From a bacterium (GTDB taxonomy: Bacteria > Patescibacteriota > Minisyncoccia > UBA6257 > JAGOQP01): a stretch of 64,000 nt of DNA. Shown in pieces: positions 38,841 through 47,472 of this stretch (within the stretch, counting starts at the first letter, position 1; the number at the start of each line of letters is the position of its first letter). Where the stretch lies: positions 846 through 64,845 of the forward strand of contig JAJXZH010000011.1 in NCBI GenBank assembly GCA_021780155.1, in the 5' to 3' direction. The position numbers and the translations under genes are program-made. Below the pieces are notes generated by a model. The model was given only the letters and a program-made list of their open reading frames with translations. It was not told the DNA's origin and ran no database searches.

Positions 38841-40166
38841 CTATTGTCCCAAATTTGACGATGGCTGATATAAATTATTCAATGCCGCCTGAGCCGCTTG
38901 AACCGATGCCTGAACATTCAATTTCCCGGATAAAATATCATTAACCATTCCCGTAAAAATGGAATCAATGGACTGAGGATCAATCTGGAACCAATCCTTG
39001 GTAGTTAAAAATTCTTTCAAAAATACACCGTTGTCTCCGCCAAGATTTTGTTGGATCAGCGAAAGTAGAACGGGAAGTTTTCCTGTCGCCGTAAGATAAG
39101 AAGAGCTTATCGATGGCGTCATTGTCAGATACCTTATAAAACTCCAAGCGACATACGGATTTTGGGTTTGTTTGGAAACTGCCAATCCCCAATAACTCGG
39201 CCAATTGGCTATTTGCGAAGCGTTGGCATTTGTAAGCTGAGGCAAAGGAGCAACACCAAGATTGATGTAGGCATTTCTGTTTTTTATATTTTTGATTGAT
39301 TGATAATAATCCAAAATCATTGCCGTTTGTCCGGCGGCAAAAGAAGAAACTGAGTTATCAAAACTTTCATTCCAAGTGTAATAAGGACTGATGGGATTTG
39401 AAAATTGAGTATAAAATTGAACCGCTTTGTTAAAAGGGTCGTCCAAAATAACTCCATCGCCGGAGGGATTATTTATAGGAGAACCGGACTGCATCGCCAA
39501 AACGCTCAAAATATCCGGAACATTGTTTATATTGTAAGCCGAACCCAATGCGGCGGCAGAAAGAGATATTTTTTTATTTTGATCCATCTCCGTTATCTTG
39601 GCGACATCGGCAATGAAGTCGTCCCAAGTTGCCGGCGGAAAAACAATTCCTTTGGAATTAAAAATATCTTTGTTGTAAATAAGAGCCAAGGCGTCCATAG
39701 ACAGAGGTGAGGCAAAAATATTTCCCGATAAAACAAAATCTTTTGAAACTACCGACGGGAAAGATTGACTAAAAACCTGAGGCGTGACCAACAAAGACGG
39801 AGCGGGATAAAGTTTGTTCCAATTGTTATAAACCCAAAGATTGTTGACCATAAATATATCCGGCCCCTGATTGGCAGCAAGAGCGTCAATCAGTTTTTGT
39901 TGGTAGGCAACAGGATCATCAAATTTGGTGTAATTTATTTTTACATTTTTATAAACGCCCTGATACAATTTGATAATATCGTTATAAACGGAATATTCGT
40001 CTCCCACTCCCCACATCTGCAAAGTAACACTCCCGGTTGGAAAGTTTGGATCCGAATTGGTGGTCTTTTTTATTCCGGGAATTATTCCCATAAGTCCCAA
40101 AATAAAAACAATGGCGACCAACGCTATAATACCGACAACAATTACCTGATTTTTGCTAAAATTCAT
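38841..40166 (-). CDS. Sugar-type extracellular solute-binding protein (family 1), TM-anchored
   Basis: TLQMWG, GPDIF, LIYNKDIF, PATWDDF, FAAGQTAM, AWSFIRYL; no permease or ATPase adjacent. Confidence 0.88.
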   Translation of the reverse strand: MNFSKNQVIVVGIIALVAIVFILGLMGIIPGIKKTTNSDPNFPTGSVTLQMWGVGDEYSVYNDIIKLYQGVYKNVKINYTKFDDPVAYQQKLIDALAANQGPDIFMVNNLWVYNNWNKLYPAPSLLVTPQVFSQSFPSVVSKDFVLSGNIFASPLSMDALALIYNKDIFNSKGIVFPPATWDDFIADVAKITEMDQNKKISLSAAALGSAYNINNVPDILSVLAMQSGSPINNPSGDGVILDDPFNKAVQFYTQFSNPISPYYTWNESFDNSVSSFAAGQTAMILDYYQSIKNIKNRNAYINLGVAPLPQLTNANASQIANWPSYWGLAVSKQTQNPYVAWSFIRYLTMTPSISSSYLTATGKLPVLLSLIQQNLGGDNGVFLKEFLTTKDWFQIDPQSIDSIFTGMVNDILSGKLNVQASVQAAQAALNNLYQPSSNLGQ

Positions 40167-40230
40167 TTCTTTAATTATCCGACATTAAAAAAATAAAAGC
40201 AATGTCTTTAAAAATATACAAATCAACCCC

Positions 40231-40258
40231 CAACAAAAATCCGCCCGAAGGCGGAATT
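40231..40258 (-). terminator. Intrinsic terminator
   Basis: Minus strand TCCGCC-TTCG-GGCGGA followed by TTTTTGTT. Confidence 0.75.
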
Positions 40259-40444
40259 GAGTTTTTATTTTTAATCAAATCAAATTAGAGCGTTAAAAAA
40301 CCATCTCGGAGTTTCCGAAGGGATGCGTAAAGCAAAGAACTTTAACACCCACACAGTGTCCTTATGATTATTTCAAAAAAAAATCAAAAATACCAGCCCT
40401 AAAAAATATAAAAACAGAATTATTTAAAATCGTCAAATAAAAAA

Positions 40445-41257
40445 TTATTTCAAAGAAACTTTTTTGACTTCCACCGGCTGTCCATAAAATTGATTAAACA
40501 GATTTTTAACTCTCCAGGAATCTTCGGAGGAATAAAAAAATCTTTCTCCTTTTTTATCCAAAGACATTTCTATCTCCGGATGATGCTCTAAATATTTTTT
40601 TAATTTTTTAGCGACAATTTCTCCTTGTGAAATAATTTTTATTTTTGAAGGAGTGTATTTTTTTATTTTATTTTCGATTAAAGCGTAGTGAGTGCAAGCT
40701 AAAACCAGAGTATCTATTTTTTTGCTTCGCTCAAAAAGTTCTTTTAAATATTTTTTTAATATTGAGTCGAGCCCATCCCATTCCAATTCTCCGGCCTCCA
40801 CAATCGGTACCAGCAATGTTCCTGCCTGCTGATGGACTTTGATTGAGCTATCCATCTTGGTTATCTCTTTCGGATAAGCAAAAGATTGGACAGTGGCTTC
40901 GGTCGCTAAAATGCCAACTTCTTTTGTTTTTGTCTGTTCAACTATTTCCTCAGCGGTAGGAATAATTATCCCCAAAACTTTTTTTTGAGGATAATGTTTG
41001 GGAAGAAATTCCATTTGAATTCTTCGCAGAGCGGATGAGGAAGCCGTATTGCACGCCAAGATTACCATCTCGGCTCCTTTTTCAAACAAATAAGAGACGC
41101 CTTGTTTTGTAAAGCGATAAATTGTTTCATGACTATGAGAACCGTAAGGTGTTCGCGCGTTATCTCCAAGATAAATATAGGAATATTGGGGCATCTGTTT
41201 TTGGACTTCGCGCAAAACCGAAAGCCCTCCCAGTCCCGAATCAAAAAAACCCAACAT
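40445..41257 (-). CDS. murI: Glutamate racemase
   Basis: FDSGLGGLSV, GDNARTPYG, ACNTAS, LACTHY (both catalytic Cys present). Confidence 0.96.
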   Translation of the reverse strand: MLGFFDSGLGGLSVLREVQKQMPQYSYIYLGDNARTPYGSHSHETIYRFTKQGVSYLFEKGAEMVILACNTASSSALRRIQMEFLPKHYPQKKVLGIIIPTAEEIVEQTKTKEVGILATEATVQSFAYPKEITKMDSSIKVHQQAGTLLVPIVEAGELEWDGLDSILKKYLKELFERSKKIDTLVLACTHYALIENKIKKYTPSKIKIISQGEIVAKKLKKYLEHHPEIEMSLDKKGERFFYSSEDSWRVKNLFNQFYGQPVEVKKVSLK

Positions 41258-41273
41258 ATAAAATTAAAAAAAC

Positions 41274-41561
41274 TTACTTAAAATAAGGAACATATTGACC
41301 GGTGCCGCTATTGACCGTTCCATAGTAATAGTAATTGGCATCGTGATTGACTACTTGATTGCATCCTTGAGAAGAATATCCTCCACTCCAACTTCCGACA
41401 ACCATTTGATTGCAAACATCAACCGTTACCGGCTTAAAATACGGGACATAACCATACCCATAAGAAGTCCCGGGAAAAGGCTGATTGCTAACAAAAAAAC
41501 TCACGGCTAAAATTGCCAAAAAAATTAAAAATATCGCTAAAAAATGTCTTTTATATTTCAT
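41274..41561 (-). CDS. Small exported Tyr/Gly-rich protein
   Basis: N-terminal hydrophobic helix, Cys pair; start overlaps the cca stop (ATGA). Confidence 0.6.
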   Translation of the reverse strand: MKYKRHFLAIFLIFLAILAVSFFVSNQPFPGTSYGYGYVPYFKPVTVDVCNQMVVGSWSGGYSSQGCNQVVNHDANYYYYGTVNSGTGQYVPYFK

Positions 41562-43120
41562 ACTTTATGTTTTTTCTTAATTTCCTTTTCGGCACTCACT
41601 TCAAATTCTTCTTTGGCATTCTCCGCCTTTTTTCTTAAATTTTCAAGTTCTTTTATGGAAAGCTTGTTTAGCGCCTTTGATTCTTTTTCCAAAATTTCTT
41701 TTTTATTTTTTAACGGATCTTCTATAACAATCTCCAAAAGGGCATTCAAAATATGCCCTACCTTGGGACCGGGCTCGAGCGAAAGATTTTTTATCAAATC
41801 ATTGCCGTTTATTTTCAGCATTTTTGGAGAAATGGGATCTCTTTTGACCTTATCTATCATAAAAAGCAGGTGACGCAATTTATATGGGAAGGCCTTGGGG
41901 ACACCCGAACCAATTCTGTCCGCTTCTCTGACTTTAAGCAAATCGTCAACATTTTCCGGACCGACGCGCGCCAAAAATCTTCTCACTCCGGCTTCGGTAA
42001 CTTCGCCCACGTTATAATAAAAAAGATGATATCTGACCAAATGGACAACCTTTTCAACGACTTCTTTGGAAAACTTAAGATCTTCCAAAATTTTTTTAGT
42101 CATTTTCGCGCCGACATATTCGTGTTGATAAAAAGTGGAGTTGGCGCCTTCTCCGTTTTTGGTTCTCGGTTTTCCAACGTCGTGAAGTAGCGACGCCAAT
42201 CTGATTTCAAAAGAATATTTTTTGGAAACGGCATAACCCAACGCCAAAACATTATGTTCCCAGACGGTATAAATATGATGTTTGTTTTGAGCCACGCCAA
42301 TACCTTCAATTAATTCGGGGATGATGTATTTCATAAGCCCCAAATTTTGCAAAGCCCTAACGCCTTGCTCGGCGCCATCAGACATAATAGTTTTGGAAAA
42401 TTCATCTCTGATTCTTTCTTTGGATATTTTGCCAAGCAAATAAGCATTATCCCTAATGGCTTTTTGGGTGGTTTCTTCTATTGTCCAACTCGAAGAACGC
42501 GCTCCGCCAGAATAATCATTCAATTGCGATAAAAATCTTACCGCCCTCATCATTCTCAAGGCGTCTTCGCCGAATCTGTCTTGAGAATTGCCGACGGTCT
42601 TTATTATTTTATTTTTCAAATCATCAAGTCCGCCAAAAATATCAATAATTTTTATTTCTTCATTTTCTTTTTTGTTTTTGTCTTTTTCATTTTTAATTTC
42701 CAACGCCATGGCATTTATCGTAAAATCTCTGCGCGCCAAATCTTCCTCCAATGTTTTGGCAAATTTTATTTTTTCCGGATGACGGCTATCGGAATAATCA
42801 CTTTCAATCCGAAAAGTTGTTATTTCTATTAATTTTAGAGAATCTTTCAAAGAGTCGGTTTTTAGTCCTACGGTGCCAAAATTGTTTTCATAAATTGTCG
42901 ACTGTTTTTGTGGTTCCGATTTTCGATAATCAAAAAATATTTTTTGGATTTCTTCCGGCAAAGCGTCGGTAGCAATATCCCAATCTTTCGGTTCTTGATT
43001 TAAAATCAAATCCCTCACGCAACCACCAACCGGATGCGCTTTAAATCCCGCTTGATTTAGCGTTTTTACAACTTCAAGAATTTCTTTGGGTATTTTTTTT
43101 AACAAAATTTCTTTTGACAT
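41558..43120 (-). CDS. cca: CCA tRNA nucleotidyltransferase with HD domain
   Basis: VGGCVRD, DWDIAT, EITTFR, DLARRDFTINAMA, EDALRMMRA, LLHDVGK. Confidence 0.9.
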   Translation of the reverse strand: MSKEILLKKIPKEILEVVKTLNQAGFKAHPVGGCVRDLILNQEPKDWDIATDALPEEIQKIFFDYRKSEPQKQSTIYENNFGTVGLKTDSLKDSLKLIEITTFRIESDYSDSRHPEKIKFAKTLEEDLARRDFTINAMALEIKNEKDKNKKENEEIKIIDIFGGLDDLKNKIIKTVGNSQDRFGEDALRMMRAVRFLSQLNDYSGGARSSSWTIEETTQKAIRDNAYLLGKISKERIRDEFSKTIMSDGAEQGVRALQNLGLMKYIIPELIEGIGVAQNKHHIYTVWEHNVLALGYAVSKKYSFEIRLASLLHDVGKPRTKNGEGANSTFYQHEYVGAKMTKKILEDLKFSKEVVEKVVHLVRYHLFYYNVGEVTEAGVRRFLARVGPENVDDLLKVREADRIGSGVPKAFPYKLRHLLFMIDKVKRDPISPKMLKINGNDLIKNLSLEPGPKVGHILNALLEIVIEDPLKNKKEILEKESKALNKLSIKELENLRKKAENAKEEFEVSAEKEIKKKHKV

Positions 43121-43265
43121 TTTTTATATTTATAATAGAGTAATAACAGCAATAAAAATCGGTTTCGTCAATAATTGTTTATTATACACTCAAACAAAAG
43201 ATGACAAAAATCCTTTGACCAAAAAACGGGATGCGCAATCGATCTATTTTTTGTTTACACAACTT

Positions 43266-43337
43266 GCCCTCGTAGTGAAACGGATATCACGTTAGGCTTC
43301 GAACCTAAAATTCCGGGTTCAAATCCTGGCGAGGGCA
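43266..43337 (+). tRNA. tRNA-Arg(TCG), CCA not encoded
   Basis: GCCCTCG/CGAGGGC acceptor, TTAGG-CTTCGAA-CCTAA anticodon arm, GGTTCAAATCC. Confidence 0.93.
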
Positions 43338-43513
43338 CAAAAGAAAAGATTTGTTAAAGAATAAGTCACCGAGCCGATTTTGGAAGATAAAACAAAAAAG
43401 AACGGGAAAATTCTAATTTTATCAAACACCACTTCCGATCAATAAGCGGGTCAAATTAATTTTTTATCAATAATCTTGAAAAATAACATTGCTGGTGGCA
43501 CAATAAACCCATT

Positions 43514-43532
43514 CCGCCCGTAGCTCAGCTGG
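43514..43532 (+). pseudogene. 5' fragment of a tRNA
   Basis: CCGCCCG-TA-GCTCAGCTGG matches acceptor 5' strand plus D-arm start, then breaks off before tRNA-Lys. Confidence 0.5.
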
Positions 43533-43544
43533 CCCCGTATAAAT

Positions 43545-43617
43545 CCCCCCATAGCTCAACTGGTAGAGCAGTTCCCTCTTAAGGAAAAGGTTCTAGGTTC
43601 GACCCCTAGTGGGGGGA
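43545..43617 (+). tRNA. tRNA-Lys(CTT), CCA not encoded
   Basis: CCCCCCA/TGGGGGG acceptor, TTCC-CTCTTAA-GGAA anticodon arm, CTAGG-TTCGACC-CCTAG T-arm. Confidence 0.92.
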
Positions 43618-43632
43618 CTATTAATGGATTTA

Positions 43633-43831
43633 ACGGAATTTTTGTTTTGAGCGGGTGAGCGGACGCGTTGCTATCGTCCCGCTCGTCCCCGACCCCCAAA
43701 TAAGAAACCTTCTGGTTTCTTACGTCGCTTCGCTCCTATTTTCCAACACGGGGGCTCGCAGTCAGATTCCTGCATCACCCAAAATAAAAAATATCCCTAC
43801 GGATATTTTTTGTTTTGAGCGGGTGAGCGGA
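43633..43831. repeat. Direct repeat of the tRNA-Gly 3' end and flank enclosing a structured spacer
   Basis: TTTTTGTTTTGAGCGGGTGAGCGGA at about 43639-43663 and 43807-43831. Confidence 0.85.
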
Positions 43832-43889
43832 ATCGGACCGCCGTCTCAGCCTTGGCAAGGCCGTGTAATAGCCACTATACGACACCCGC
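43818..43889 (-). tRNA. tRNA-Gly(GCC), CCA not encoded
   Basis: Minus strand GCGGGTG...CGGCC-TTGCCAA-GGCTG...GGCGG-TCCGATT-CCGCT-CACCCGC-T. Confidence 0.92.
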
Positions 43890-43937
43890 AAAATTGTGAA
43901 TTTATGTTATCGTGATTTTTAAAAAAAGTCCATATAA

Positions 43938-43963
43938 AAACTCCGCTCATTAAAGCGGAGTTT
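43938..43963. terminator. Hairpin terminator
   Basis: AAACTCCGCT-CATTAA-AGCGGAGTTT. Confidence 0.65.
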
Positions 43964-44153
43964 ATGTTTTCTTTCTCCAAATCCATATCTTCATCTTAAC
44001 TTTGTCTTCGTTAATCATTTCGGAAAATTTAATATCCGGAATAAACATATTTTTTTCAAGCATTCCAATAGTTTTTTGAGTGTCGGAGTCGAAAATATTT
44101 CCATCAAAAGATTCAAAAATGGGGATATAAACAACCATTTCTTTGTTTGACAT
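43962..44153 (-). CDS. Small hypothetical protein
   Basis: MSNKEMVVYIPIF..., co-oriented after the ECF cassette and ending in the terminator hairpin. Confidence 0.4.
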   Translation of the reverse strand: MSNKEMVVYIPIFESFDGNIFDSDTQKTIGMLEKNMFIPDIKFSEMINEDKVKMKIWIWRKKT

Positions 44154-44208
44154 TATATATTCCTCCGCAAAGTTCTGAGAAAAATAATACAGCAACAATT
44201 AAATTTGG

Positions 44209-45234
44209 TCAAAATTGACCACTTGAGGAAGAATTTGAAGTTGTTCCGGTAGAATTATTGTTAATTAAATTCAAAGAAGAATTTGATAAAGTAGAAGTGG
44301 CATTTTTTCTCGAATATAAAACATTTCCGTCTATGACTATTTGCTTAAAAATTTTATAAGCACTTTGCACCGATTGAATGGCGCTACTGAGAAGATCTTG
44401 AATTTGAGACAAAGTTTCAACATCTATATTTTGGCTTCCGACAAGTCCATTTGCCAAATCGGTGCTTGAAGCTGCCAAATTAACAAAATTGTCCGCTTGG
44501 TTTAGCATATTTTCAAGAGATAAAACATCTTTTCCTCTTTTTTTGACCCTGTCTATTTCTCGTTTGATAATTTCTTCCCTTCTTTGAGCGGTCTTTATGA
44601 CAACTTCCTGATAATGACCAAGATGAGCGGATAAAATAAGTTTTTTCAAATAGGATTGCTGATTAAAACGAATATTTTTTATATCGTTTGCCACCGTTCC
44701 CAAAGATTTGGCATCTGAAACGAAGTTTGTTTTCAAAAAAAGTTCGTTTAACGTTTTATTATCTTTACCAATCATATCAGAAATGTTTTTGCCGGCATTT
44801 CCGTAATAATCCGAATTTTCTTTTATCTCTGCGTCTAAATCCTGATTTCTTAAAATTAAAACATTGATGATGTCGCTTAAAATTTTCTGACTTTCGCGCA
44901 AATAATCGTTTTGAGCAGATTTATCGGCGGGTCCATTTTTTCCATAAATATTTTTTGCCGATTGAAAATCAGCAACGTCATTTTCAAATTTTTTATAAAC
45001 TACCGATAGATTTTGAGAATCGGAGGTGGTTTCCGGTTGAAAAATAGACGACGATTCAGTCAATTGGACTTTCGGCGGATATTTTATATTATTTGAGTCG
45101 TTTAGCCGATTATCCGTCTTAACTAAATTTACCGGAACAAAAAATGGACTTTGATTTTTGGCTTGAACTATGTCAAACAAAAAACCAAATCCCATAAAAT
45201 ATAAAATTGTCAAAAAAATAAAAATTTTTTTCAT
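44209..45234 (-). CDS. Secreted helical/coiled-coil protein (ECF cassette A, gene 3)
   Basis: Signal peptide ending VQA, heptad-like helices, Ser/Asn-rich tail. Confidence 0.7.
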   Translation of the reverse strand: MKKIFIFLTILYFMGFGFLFDIVQAKNQSPFFVPVNLVKTDNRLNDSNNIKYPPKVQLTESSSIFQPETTSDSQNLSVVYKKFENDVADFQSAKNIYGKNGPADKSAQNDYLRESQKILSDIINVLILRNQDLDAEIKENSDYYGNAGKNISDMIGKDNKTLNELFLKTNFVSDAKSLGTVANDIKNIRFNQQSYLKKLILSAHLGHYQEVVIKTAQRREEIIKREIDRVKKRGKDVLSLENMLNQADNFVNLAASSTDLANGLVGSQNIDVETLSQIQDLLSSAIQSVQSAYKIFKQIVIDGNVLYSRKNATSTLSNSSLNLINNNSTGTTSNSSSSGQF

Positions 45235-45240
45235 ATCTTG

Positions 45241-45885
45241 TTAAAACGACGCCAAAGTTGCATCAATGGCACTCATTGAATTTTCTTGACTGACAAATTT
45301 TGCCAAATTAGGGTCAAAACTCAAAGAATTTGCCTCCAAAGCTACCGACGAACTATCAAAGGGAAGAATATCGGAAGAACTCGATGTCGCAACCGATGAG
45401 TTAATCGCCTTTAAAAAAGAAGATTGGGCAACTTGAGTCGATTGCTTTTCTCCGGCAATGTAATTTTGAATAAAATTATCGGCTTTGTCGGCTGTTTTTT
45501 CTTCTTTGGAAATTTTGTTGATATCGGTTATTTGCGACTGTTCTTTCAAAAAAGGATTGCCCAAAAATACAACAACGGCAAGAATCGCCACAAATACCGG
45601 AATAGTGAATTTTATCCATTTATTAAAACCTATTTGGAATTTAATCTTGCTCGAAGTCAAAACCGGTTGGAACTTGCTACCGCCATTATTGTCTTGAGGA
45701 AGATTATTTAAAATATTTAAAAGCGCCGATTTTTCCGGTTCAATTTTATTTTCGATTTCATCGGCAAATTTCAAAAAGTCGGACAATTCTCTTTCTCCTT
45801 CCGAAATAAAAATCTCGGACATTTTAAGCCGGTTGTTTTCCTCCCCTATTTCATTTACTATTTTTTTTAAATTTTCCCTTTTCAT
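45241..45885 (-). CDS. Putative anti-sigma factor (single TM)
   Basis: Start overlaps the sigma stop (ATGA); cytoplasmic N-terminus, one TM helix, extracytoplasmic tail. Confidence 0.6.
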   Translation of the reverse strand: MKRENLKKIVNEIGEENNRLKMSEIFISEGERELSDFLKFADEIENKIEPEKSALLNILNNLPQDNNGGSKFQPVLTSSKIKFQIGFNKWIKFTIPVFVAILAVVVFLGNPFLKEQSQITDINKISKEEKTADKADNFIQNYIAGEKQSTQVAQSSFLKAINSSVATSSSSDILPFDSSSVALEANSLSFDPNLAKFVSQENSMSAIDATLASF

Positions 45886-46457
45886 TTTTTATTTTTCAAT
45901 AAAATTTCTTTTAACGCTTTAATGGCTCTAAACTGAAGCGCCCTTACCGCAGAGGATGATTTCCCCAAAATCTGGCAGATTTCGTCATTGGCTAATCCAT
46001 CAAAAAATTTCAAAGTTATCATCTCTCTTTGTTCTTCACTTAATTTAATAAGCGCGCTTCTTACATCTTTCAGTCTTTGAGAATAGTCATAATCTTCTTC
46101 AATATATTTTTTATCACCGGACGCCTCCAAAACTTCCAGATCATCAACAAAAATTTCTTTTTTCTTGCGCCAATAATCTATCAATGTGTTTTTGGCAATG
46201 GTGAAAAGCCAAGGCAGAATTTTTTGGCGGTCAATATCATTTCTGTCGTCGTTTTTGTCAACGATATTTTCCCAAGCCTTCATAAAAACCAATTGAGACA
46301 AATCTCGGGAAAGATTTTCATCGGCGGTTCTGACGATAAAATATCGATAGACCGGAGAAAGGTATTTTGAATAAATAATTTCAAAAGATTCTCCGTCAAA
46401 ATTTCTGGCTTGGTTTAAATAATCCTTGAAATTTTTTTTATTTTTTATCTCTTCCAT
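45882..46457 (-). CDS. ECF (sigma70 group 4) sigma factor A
   Basis: DLSQLVFMKAW, WLFTIAKNTLIDYWRK, LSEEQREMITLKFFDGL...EICQILGKS. Confidence 0.93.
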   Translation of the reverse strand: MEEIKNKKNFKDYLNQARNFDGESFEIIYSKYLSPVYRYFIVRTADENLSRDLSQLVFMKAWENIVDKNDDRNDIDRQKILPWLFTIAKNTLIDYWRKKKEIFVDDLEVLEASGDKKYIEEDYDYSQRLKDVRSALIKLSEEQREMITLKFFDGLANDEICQILGKSSSAVRALQFRAIKALKEILLKNKK

Positions 46458-46460
46458 AAT

Positions 46461-46486
46461 AACGAGTTGGAATCAAAAATGTTATT
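46461..46486 (-). promoter_or_regulatory. ECF-type promoter adjacent to the sigma A start codon
   Basis: Minus strand AATAAC-N16-CGTT-ATT-ATG. Confidence 0.6.
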
Positions 46487-46496
46487 TTTAAAAAAC

Positions 46497-47453
46497 TTAC
46501 AAAGACCTCATCAAATCGGAGATAACGCCTCTTATATAATCCATATAATCCGAGGAGTCAATTCCCCATGGATCTATATTTACCACCTTAAAAGAAGAAT
46601 TTTCAAGTAAAGTGGAAGCGCTTTGCGGATCGGAATTGGTATCGGTAATAATCGTTTTGGCTCCAATTTTTTTTAAATCAGTTCGCAAAACGGTTCCTAA
46701 TTTATCCAAATTATATTGAGTTGAAGATAAATCAAAAGCTCCAACGGTATGGATCTGAAGATTATCAACCAGTGGCGACCAAATTGTTCCATCCAAGGCC
46801 ACGCTTTCAGAATGAAAATTTTTTAAAATATCCAGAGTTGATCTTAGTAGTGTATCCAGTTTAATGGAATAATCATAGGCATTGTTTATATAATATTCTT
46901 TATTTCCAACATCGAATTTTCCCAGCTGTCTTCCTATACCTTGAATTATCTGCCTTACATCCTGCAAAGAAAGCCAATAATAAATCTGTCCGGAAGAAAT
47001 CGTTTTTTTGGAATTAAAAACATCAGGATAAGCAATGGAACTGGATGACGAAATAAATTGGTCCAAAGGAATAACTACTAATTTACCCCCTGATGAAGAT
47101 GATAGATTTTTTGTCCAGTCATCAAAACCATCGCCCATAGCAAAAAATAATCCTTGAGAAAATCCTCTTCTGTTTTTACCAATTTTATTTGTCCAATCCA
47201 CCAAAGAATTATCCGAAGGTGAAGCAAAAATTTTAACTTCAACTTTATCTTTCCCAACGGCATTTATCCAATCGGCAATCATTGGAAATGAGGTTCCTAT
47301 TTGAACCTTGGGTAAAGAGGAGTCGTTTACAACCGTATAATTTTTGTTTTCTATATTAGGCGCTTCTTTAACGACAAACAAAATTCCAACCAACAAAAAA
47401 ACCGCCAAAAAAATTATCACATCAGATTTTCTAATCCTCAAAAACATAAGCAA
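46497..47453 (-). CDS. ZnuA/TroA-like substrate-binding protein, apparently lacking the His ligands
   Basis: TSFPMIADWINAVGKDKVEV, FFAMGDGFDDW, YWLS, YYINNA, IDPWG. Confidence 0.7.
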   Translation of the reverse strand: MLMFLRIRKSDVIIFLAVFLLVGILFVVKEAPNIENKNYTVVNDSSLPKVQIGTSFPMIADWINAVGKDKVEVKIFASPSDNSLVDWTNKIGKNRRGFSQGLFFAMGDGFDDWTKNLSSSSGGKLVVIPLDQFISSSSSIAYPDVFNSKKTISSGQIYYWLSLQDVRQIIQGIGRQLGKFDVGNKEYYINNAYDYSIKLDTLLRSTLDILKNFHSESVALDGTIWSPLVDNLQIHTVGAFDLSSTQYNLDKLGTVLRTDLKKIGAKTIITDTNSDPQSASTLLENSSFKVVNIDPWGIDSSDYMDYIRGVISDLMRSL

Positions 47454-47472
47454 AAAATATTTTTTAATATCA

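Noticed and set aside
43655..43915. 86-aa plus-strand ORF
   Set aside because: Antisense to tRNA-Gly and spans the repeat element.
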